Of a stretch of DNA of 64,000 nucleotides, positions 54,705 to 64,000 are shown one piece after another; the stretch's first letter is position 1, and each line of letters begins with the position of its first letter. The stretch lies in the NCBI RefSeq assembly GCF_009914755.1, contig NC_060938.1; one strand, 5' to 3'. Source of the DNA: the human T2T-CHM13v2.0 reference genome, Homo sapiens. The notes below the pieces were generated by a model that searched no databases, was not told where the DNA came from, and saw only the letters and a list, made by a program, of their open reading frames with translations. A program made the translations under genes and the position numbers.

Positions 54705-55110
54705 AAATATTAAAATTGCATGGACGGGTTCCTTAAAAGATTATAAATAGAATTACTATGTGATCCAGCAATTTCACATCTAGGTATATGTCCAAAAGAA
54801 GTGAAAGCAAGGTCTCAAGGAGATATCTGCCCACCCATGTTCACAGCAGCATTATTCACAATAGGCAAGAGTAGAAGCAACCCAAGTGTCCATAGACAGA
54901 TGGAGGGAGAGGGAATGGAGAGTTAGTGTTTAGTGGACACAGTGCTTGTGTTTTGGAAGATGAAAAACTTCCATCTTTTTCATGATGATGGGGAGGGATG
55001 ATGGTGATGGCTGCACAGCAATGTGAATGTGCTTATGCCACTGAACTGTATGTACACTTAAAAATGGTTAAAATGGTAAAATTTATGTCACATATATTTG
55101 AGCAAATAAT
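54705..55110 (+). mobile_element. L1M 3' fragment
   Basis: GATCCAGCAATTTCACATCTAGGTATATGTCCAAAAGAAGTGAAAGCA and CCACTGAACTGTA..CACTTAAAAATGGTTAAAATGGTAAA motifs. Confidence 0.82.
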
Positions 55111-56179
55111 ACACATATACAAAGAAAGTTAATAAAAGAATTTGTGATTATGTTCAAATAGGGTGCATGTATCTAGCCCTAATTTAGCAAGTTTGAAGAA
55201 GGGAGAGATTACTGTGGAGTGGAGTGTTCCAGGACGAAGACACAGCCTCGAACCCAAGTTCTGATGGAAAACACTCCAAATCTGGGAGAAATGGTCAGGA
55301 CTCAGTAAGCAGAAGTGGACAAACTTAGTTTAAGTAGAGGGTTTGTGATGGAAAGTGGTAAAAGAGTAGAAAAAAAGAGACTGGTGCCAGAATAGAATGG
55401 CTCCTTAAAAGCCAACTTTATGAGTTTGGATTTCTACCTCTACCCAGAGAAGAACCACTGGTGGCTTTTGAGAAGGGGTGTTATATGATGAACACAGTGG
55501 TTCAGTGTGGGATGGTTTGGAGAGGGAGATCCTTAGTTGATAGAAAGTGGACTCCAGGTCGCTTAACTTGAGGGCTACCAAGGTGACTACAAAGTCTACT
55601 AAATCTGAAACCTAACACGTGGTGCTGCTAGCTTAAAGCTATGACTTTAAAATGTATCAGGCCAAATGCTTGCACATGAATGGAATTCTTCTCAAAGCAT
55701 ACACAGAAACTGTTGACAGTGGTACCTTCTTAGAAATAGGGCTGAAGTTAGGAGAAGACTTTTACTCTTCATTGTATACCCTTGTATAATATGGATATAT
55801 GTTTTAACCACGTACATGAGTTTATTTTATAATTTAAAAAGTTTTTTAAATATGACAACCAGGAAGCATCAAAAAATATTTGGGCTTTAACCAGCCAATT
55901 CAAAACATTTCTAAAAATAAAGTGAAATATATTTCAATCTTGTTTCTCCCATATCTTAATCTCCATCACATAGTATAAACGTTGTGGGACTGATCTAAAA
56001 GTAACAGTACAAAGTACACAGCACATCTAAAGCTTCGCTTCAAACAGATGTCATGAATCATCCCAAAATAAAAACATCTCCTTTTTGGTGTATTTAAATG
56101 AAAAGTCTGCCAAGACTATTCCAAGTCAACACCTCGACAAAAACAGAAATTAAAAAAAAATAGCCCATGGTACATTTGA

Positions 56180-57362
56180 TAAAATACATCACCATCTCAG
56201 TAAACGACCTTTTTGTTCATCCAGTTGTTCAGGCCAAAAACAATGGAATCATCTTATTCTTTTTCTCTCATCCTCTATATCCAAATCTCATAATCTCTAT
56301 ACTCAGAACCCAACTGCATCTCACCAGGACTATCATCCTGATCCATCCTCTCGTCCTGAACCACCGCAGTAGCTTTCATGGGACTCCTTGTCTCCACTCT
56401 TGTGCCCCACAATCAATCCTCCTTAGGGCCGCCAGAAAGATCTGCTTGAGACACAAATCCCAACAAGTCACTCCCCTGCCCACAACTTCCAGTGGCTTCC
56501 TATGACACTTGGACTAAAACTCAAAGGTCACAAAGCCTGCACCATCAAGACCCGCTTTTCTCTCCAGCACTGTGGTTAGCTCTCCCCATGACACCCTGCA
56601 CTCAGGCCACACTGGCCTCTTTGCTATTGCTTGGACACAGCAGTGGCCCCACGTTGGGGGCTTCCCATTTGGTATGGTTTGTCTGTGTCCCCACCCAAAT
56701 CTCATCTTGAATTGCGGCTCCCATAATCCCTGCATGTCGTGGGAGGGACCCGGTGGGAGGTAACTGAATCACGGGGGTGGGTTTTCCTGTGCTGTTCTCG
56801 TGATAGTGAAGAAGTCTCATGAGATTTGATGGTTTTATAAAGGGCAGTTCCCCTGAACATGCGCCTGCCACCATGTATGACATGCCTTTGCTCCTCCTTT
56901 GCCTTCTGCCATGATTGTGAGTCATCCCCAGCCATGCTGAACTGTGATTCAATTAAACCTCTTTCCTTTATAAATTACTCAGTCTCTGGTATGTCTTTAT
57001 TAGGAGTGTGAGAACAGACTACCACTCAACCTGAATCTCTTCTCCCAAACATCCCATGCCTCTCTCCCCACTTCATTTGAGTCTCAGCCCAAATGAAGCC
57101 CCATCAGATAGTGTTTTCCCAACCACCCTACCTGAAATAGTAGAACCACCCTTCTTTCCCTTCATATTGCTTTATTTTTCTTTTTAGCACTTGAAATTAC
57201 AATATATATTTTTGTCTGTTGCTTGTCATTTAGTTCCTCTCTCCCCCAACTACAATGTGCACTCTACGACTTCAGACATTTTTGCCACATTCACTGTTAC
57301 ATTCCCTGGGCCTACAGCATGTCTGGCAAATTAAATGAGAACTCAGTAAATATTTGTTGAAG
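56180..57362 (+). mobile_element. L2 relic interrupted by THE1 LTR
   Basis: Ends ACTCAGTAAATATTTGTTGAA (L2 3' terminus). Confidence 0.65.
56670..57024 (+). mobile_element. THE1 (ERVL-MaLR) solo LTR
   Basis: Starts TGGTATGGTTTGTCTGTGTCCCCACCCAAATCTCATCTTGAATTG; contains ATTAAACCTCTTTCCTTTATAAATTAC; ends GTGTGAGAACAGACTA. Confidence 0.9.
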
Positions 57363-59984
57363 ACTGACATACAAATCAAGGCCCTCAAGATCACTGGACA
57401 AAAAGAGGCTGCTGAAGTCCAAAATGAAGCATAAGCACAATAATGCCCAGTAAATTTGGGGTAAAGGAATGAAAAACCCAAAACATCAATTAACGGGCAG
57501 ATGAACCCTTCATTTATCTATGGCATGCTACTGAGAATCCATTAATTCATGCTTTGGAACAGCATCTGTGCATACTCTGGAGGGCCATTCTTGAGGTTCT
57601 GTGGCTATGGTAAAGGGTAATACCATTAACAAGTGTCTTCTCTCCAGAACCAATGAACTTATGTGGAATATTCTGCTGAAGAAAAAAAGCAACCACGGTC
57701 TCAACCAGAAGGCCCAGAATATTCAATTACTCCACTGAGAAGACCTGGAAACAGCCCCAGCCTCAGAACTAGGCAACTGGGTCAAAGTCAGGTTTTGGAA
57801 TAAACTACTAGAGGGACATTGAGTATATAAATGTACATTTCTAATCCTGTTTTGTAACTGGAAACCAGGAATAATCAGATCTTCCCTTCACATGCTCATC
57901 ATAAGATAAAATAAGATGATGTGTAGACAAAGGCATGCTGAAAATTGAGTGGACTATAGTTATCTGTGATCATCATCTTGTACTGGCTGGGATCTAATTC
58001 ACTTTCTCTTCACTGCCACTGGTGAGCTTTGTCAACAAAGATTTCATCACACCCCTTTATGACTTAAAAACTTCCAGTGGCTCAAACTTCTTCACAGGCT
58101 GAACCCCAACCACCTTTCTGGTCACACTTCTGCCATGTGGAACTACACTTCATCCCCTAACCTAATCATGCTTTATTGTCTGTGCTGGGCAATTTCCTAA
58201 AGCCCCACTCGCAGGCCCCCTCATCCTCCCTTCTTCCATTATAGAAATCCTAGGCACTTTCAAAGGTCTTCTCATTCCCCAACCTGAATGAGATGTTTCC
58301 TCCTGTACACCCTCTCTCTCAGGCATCCTGTTGAATCACTGCTTGTTTGCAAGGCCATTTTCGCACCAGATCAGTGATTCTCCATCTGATCTCTTTGTGT
58401 GTCTTCAGCACATAACAGTGTAAGACACGTGGTAGACACCCAATGTCTGCTCTTTTTGAATACACCTCAATTCTCTCTCGGGCCTTTCTACCTCTAACTC
58501 TCTATGACTTATGACTCGAAGTCAGTATTATGAAAGGCCTTTTCTTGCTTTTCCACCCTTCTGGAAATATACTGGAAGATGAAGCTAATTGACCACTCCT
58601 AGGGTTCTTCTAGAAACAGGCTGGGACTCAAAAGAGGGACAGAATAAGGTTACAGACTTCTTTCTGGTCCACATAATTTATGCCTTTAAAGTATGCTTTG
58701 TTTTATTTGAATTGCTATACATTCTCAAGTGAGACACGCCCATATTTAAGTCTGGTACAAATGGAAAATATTTTCAAAGTATTCATTTTCGGAATTATTC
58801 AAGTTTCTTCTCCTTTTCACAATGGTGGAAACTCCTAAATTGACTATAATTCGAAGCAATTATTGTTCTTTAGCTATCAAGGTGCCGTTAGTCTCTTCAT
58901 AAATATCCTGGATGATCTGAGCCTGGTTCAATGCAAAGCCTATTTTTTTTTCAGCCCTGTGCCTTTTCACTTGCTAAATTTATAACATTCAAATGAAAGA
59001 AAGGAAGCCCACTTTTGCCCCCACTGCTCACATGATATATGCTGAGTTTTAATTGCCCTTGTAATTCTACCCTCAGCCAGGTCTGCACAGGTATGATGTG
59101 GAAATAAAACATTATGGCAAAGCCTGAGAAGGGCTTGCTGAGGTAGGAAGAAGAGGGCTTTGTAATATTTCCTGCAACCAGGAAAAGGAAAGAGAAAAAT
59201 GAAAGGTGGTCTGGGAATTTGATAAGCTAGCCAGACAATTCATTAAGGAAGCATTTTCTGTCTATGACCACCTCTAAGACTACGTGAGCTATAAAGGCTA
59301 GGGATCCCCTGATGGTTTGATATTCAGCTGAGGCTGGCTGAAAATGGAAGAATGTGGATCACTTGGCTGTGAATTAAGAAATACACGCAGCAACAGAGGG
59401 AAACACACTATGGCATTTTCTAAATATTTACCAAGGGGAGTTGGCAATCCGTGAGCAGAGCCAGATCTGACAGTTAATTCTCCTGACTGCCTCCTACGCT
59501 CTTCCTCAATCACTATCTCCATCTCCAAAACAGGTGACCTTCCCCTAATGGGGTGAAGAAGGAAGCATCTCTGTGATAAACCCAGCAAATGCCACATGAT
59601 GATTCTGGCACACAGACCACTGCATCTACTCTTCTTCCTCAGATTTCTTATCTAAAACAGAGGAGTAACCTACGATCTGTCTGTTAAAATCAACTGAGTC
59701 AATACAAGCTGCTTCAAAGATAAAATTCTTCTTTCCACAGTCATTTTTGGCTTGTGATATCCATATGGTTTCAGAACCCAGTATCCATGAACTTCCTTGC
59801 CAGTCCTCATTATATAATCAAATTTCTCATCAGCCCACATAGCACAGTTATTTTCACTCTTGATCTTCCCAAGTTCATTGATAAATGTTAATCTGTAGGT
59901 CTCAGGTTATTTTTTTAAATTCTATAATTTTAAAATTCCATAACAAAGAAACATATTTTAAATCACTTTTTAATTAATTCATGA

Positions 59985-60402
<418 letters not shown>

Positions 60403-61439
60403 TTAAATCTCCCACTGGTCATGTTTCCTACCTTTTCAGGTCTTGAGCAGACAGTAAAATTTTGTGTTTGATTTTGAAATTAAAGTGCTGCTCTTCAAGA
60501 ACAATTTGGTGATTGGGTTTAGGTTAAAACACGTATCTGACGGTCTCAACAGTTCTCTAAAGTCCTTCCCCATGCCCCCCAAAAATGGACATAATTACTT
60601 AAGATTTCTTGTCTCTAGATCGTAATGTGTATAACTATTGTTTTAAAATGTATACATGTGTACACCTTACAAGCAATGGGGGAGATTATAGAACAGTTTA
60701 GAGTTTAAAGCCTGAGACTGCCTTCTCTCCTGCTTATCCTCAGTACCTTTTCTTTAAGATTGCACTAAAATGAAAGGACTAGATATTAAAAACACATCCT
60801 CTCATAATCTCCTCCAAAGGAAATAAAATCTCAGTAGTTTGGTTAGGCAGAACTTCAGGAAGTAAACCATATTGGCCTTGAGAGTGAGACAGGAAAGAAA
60901 TGAACTCGAGTAATAAGAAGTGTGGGTGCCATAGCTACACATCAATGATCAGGTACATTCAGTTAGGTCTTGCCTTTAAGCCAGTAAGTATGCACATGGA
61001 AGGCTGGGTTCAGTGACCTCCAGAATCCCTTCCCTCTCCAATAGTGTTTGCCTCATGAATTTTTTATAGCCATCCTCTGTCCTATCACACTGTCCCTATG
61101 TATCATCAAGCCCTCCTGGCCACTTCCAGGACTGAAAGGAAAATCTGTTCTTTAAAAAAAAAAAAAAAAATCCATGCTTTGACTCCTGCCAAAATTATAG
61201 TTCTGTCCTTGAAACAATGACCTGAAAATAATGGGTAAGGCTAAGAACCTCTGAGCAAATAAATGCCCAATATTATCTTCAGATAATATTTTTTAAGCTC
61301 CTCTGATATAAGCAGAACTATTACCTGAGGTCCTGGGAATGAAGATTATGAAGCTAGAAGACAAACAGTCAAATCTTCCCAACTTGTACTTTATATTCCC
61401 TGCTGAGTGTCTAACCTTAAAAAGAAGGTAGAACCAAAC

Positions 61440-61600
61440 AAACTGAGTTTGAATCCTGGACCCATCTCTCATTAGCTGGGTAATATGAGGCAAGTTATTT
61501 AATCTTCCTGAACCTGTTTCCTTACTTGTAAAATGTTGATATGAGCTACCTTATAGAGTTACCATGACAATTAAATTGGATAATATAGAGAAAACGCTGA
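61440..61600 (+). mobile_element. MIR
   Basis: CTGAGTTTGAATCCTGG..GGCAAGTTATTTAATC..TTTCCTTACTTGTAAAATG. Confidence 0.75.
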
Positions 61601-63794
61601 GCATTCATTTGTTGGTTTCCTCATTCATTCAACAAAGGTTAACTGAGGTTCCACTACCATCCAGGTACTGGGTACAACAACATAGAAGACAGAATAAAAG
61701 CTATTATTATTTACCAAAAACAGTTTGTTTCCAGAGCTGCAGCAGACCTGTCAAATTTTGACTTTAGTTCAAAACTGTCATTCACACCTAGCTTGCCTAA
61801 AATACTCATTTTTATTTTGCCAAATGTGATCCCAGGTAGGAGTCTTGCTCCTGTCATACCTTCACCCCCAAAACTAGTCATCTAGCAGGCGTTCTGCTAT
61901 AGGACACCTTCAGAACACTTGGAAGAAGCATTGATCAGAGCCAAAGGTGGTATCCCAACTCTCTTCTGGGCAAGCCGCTCAGGAGAACTTGATACGCCTG
62001 TGCTACAAGGCCCATCCTGGATGCCTGGGAGTCCTTGGGTGCTTACAATTCCATGAGTGGACTCTGAGTCTTCCCAGAACTCAAGATTAATAGGACTGGC
62101 TCATCCCCATCATTGCCACTGGGGCACTGATAAAGCTAAGAGCAACAGCTAAGGGGTCTGAAAGCCACATTTTCATGAGCGTTTATGTCTTTCAATGGTG
62201 CTTTACTCTAGAGTTTTTGATAAAATTCTTTATAAATGACCCACCTCTGGAGTTAGTGGGTTTCAAGGCTGGTGGGCTCTTCTTCAATGTAAGTTTAACA
62301 TTCCCTTTCCTGGCTAGCCTGCAAGCCTCCAGGCAAGCACAGGCCTAGCTGTGTCAGGTGCTGGACATTCAGCATACATTAACAATCATTTTGCACTTAG
62401 AAAAAAAAAGGTGTTTTCAATTGCATTTTGGAACCTGGGACTCAGAGCAAAAGAATAAAAGCTGAATCCTAAAATAAGAAATGACCTGCCTTGGGTTATA
62501 GTGGGGGAAGGGGTGGGCGAAGAGGGAATTCTAGAATAAAATTCAGAGCCATCTGTGAAGCTAAGGATAGGACAGTGGACAGTTGAGCTGTGCCTAAAAA
62601 TCTTTGATTTGCAGACTCCTCTCATTAGGGAGCCGCCTGAATCTCTTCCCTTAGAAACTAAAATACGGATCGTGACTACCTCCAGGCAGGGGTTTTGCAT
62701 GACTGCCTCCTACCTGGAGGTGACAGCCTAGTCTCTCCCCACAGAAATTCTCAGTACAAAAAGGCTGTCACTATATCCCCCCACCCCACCCCCCAATCTG
62801 ATGCATCTAAAATTTAGATGTACAAAAAACAGTGGCTTCTTTTCATTTTCCTTACTCCTGGCTGGCGCCTCTAATTGCTCACTGAAAACAGTGGTTTGGA
62901 TATTAATAGGCTGTAACTCAAGGCCCTACCTGAAGCTCGTTGTCAGGGAAACAGTACTCCAGCCCCGCAGCTGCTTCCCCAGCCTGGGAAGTACGGATGA
63001 GTTGGTGGGAGTTGGGGATTGTTTTACAGCTTCTGTTATTTCTCCCACTTTCTGCTATTTCTCAAGACCAAGTTAGAGGAAGAGGGGAAACTGGAGAAGA
63101 GGGTGAGGGTAGAGTAGCCCGGAGAAGCTTAGAGGAAGAGAGGAACTCTTTGGGAGAGGAAGACTAGGGGTCCTTGAAGTATGGCTTGGGGCACTAGGAT
63201 CTTTCCTCCCTCGGTCTACACGGGGTCACTCTCTGGGTGGCTCCCAGCACCCGGAGGCCCGGCCCCCTCTGCTGCCCTCACCTGTCCCTCCTGCCTGGGC
63301 GCTGGGTGGCCCGAGGAGAGCGCAGCCAAGTTCCCCAGAAGAGGGATATGAGCGGCCACAAGGCTGAGAAGCCGGACAGAAAAAGGCAGAGAGCAGCGCT
63401 GCGGTCGGACGGGCTAGAGGCGCAATCCCCTTCGCTCCCAGGCCAGGGTCCTGGAGAAGGCGGACGAGAACACGCACCCCCGTCACCCTCTCCCTGCGCC
63501 CCGGGGTGACGGACTCTCCGGGATCCCGCTCTCCAAAGCTAGCACCAAGTGCCTCGGACGCCCGCGCGCGTTCCCGCGTCCCGGGATGATCTTTGCCGCA
63601 GCTGCCGGGCTTCCCGGGCCCCGCACCCCTCCCACCCCACGCCCGACAACCGGGGCTGGACTCCCACCCGGTCCTCTGGGCCCTGCGCGTCAGGCGCCCC
63701 CTGGGCCCAGCGCTCCTTTGAGCTGGCGCCGCGCGTCCCAGCCTTGCGCACCCGCACCCAGCTCCCTTGGCCGCCGGGCCCTCCTGGGACTCAC

Positions 63795-63910
63795 CTGCCC
63801 TGGGACTGAAGCGGGGGCCACCCCGAGCCCGGGGGTGGCGGCGGCGGCGGCGCAGGGGGAGGAGGGCAGCGCGGGGCTCCTGGCACAGCGGCCGCCGGGC
63901 GCCTGGTGCT
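63795..63910 (-). other. SPTB: SPTB non-coding exon 1 (5' end approximate)
   Basis: Consensus donor CAG|GTGAGT (63794-63789) inside the CpG island. Splicing to 7159 gives ...CAGTCCCAGGGCAG|GGATCCTTCC..., agreeing with my recollection of the SPTB mRNA leader. TSS inferred from an AT-rich element ~30 nt upstream. Confidence 0.85.
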
Positions 63911-64000
63911 GCCGAGCCGCGGACCCGCCCAGAGATATAAATAACATTATCTGAGGAGGGACATTCCTGCCGGGGGACATCGCTGCTGCCGGGACCAGAT
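63911..64000 (-). promoter_or_regulatory. SPTB: SPTB proximal promoter: GC box, TATA-like element, GATA sites
   Basis: CCCGCCC at 63924-63930, AGATAT at 63933-63938 (+), TATTTATA at 63943-63936 (-), AGATAA at 63952-63947 (-). This is the only AT-rich patch in very GC-rich DNA. Confidence 0.8.

Larger units (their letters stand above)
63220..64000. promoter_or_regulatory. CpG island at SPTB 5' end
   Basis: Abrupt rise in GC and CpG density compared with the CpG-depleted remainder; short (GGC)n at ~63837-63852. Confidence 0.92.

Noticed and set aside
63226-63980. Multiple GC-rich ORFs in the CpG island
   Set aside because: Stop-codon scarcity in GC-rich DNA; exon 1 has no ATG.

Overview
Human (primate) genomic DNA containing the 5' end of SPTB (erythroid beta-I spectrin) on the minus strand. 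The gene runs from a CpG-island promoter and non-coding exon 1 (~63795-63910), through a ~56.6-kb repeat-rich intron 1, to exon 2 (6961-7159; 51 nt 5'UTR plus codons 1-49, [49 protein letters not shown]), and then the first ~7 kb of intron 2. The rest is Alu, L1, L2, MIR, LTR and DNA-transposon relics and simple repeats. I judge the other ORFs in the track to be spurious. I found no convincing new multi-gene system. The most interesting sequence-level observations are: a 14-codon uORF whose stop overlaps the SPTB start codon (ATGA); two long near-perfect fold-back duplications with template-switch signatures (6122-6416 and 46306-46600); a retroposed 5' half of tRNA-Ile ending at the anticodon loop; a fold-back Alu junction; and candidate erythroid (GATA) and muscle (MEF2) regulatory modules. 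Repeat subfamily calls and boundaries were made by eye and are approximate.
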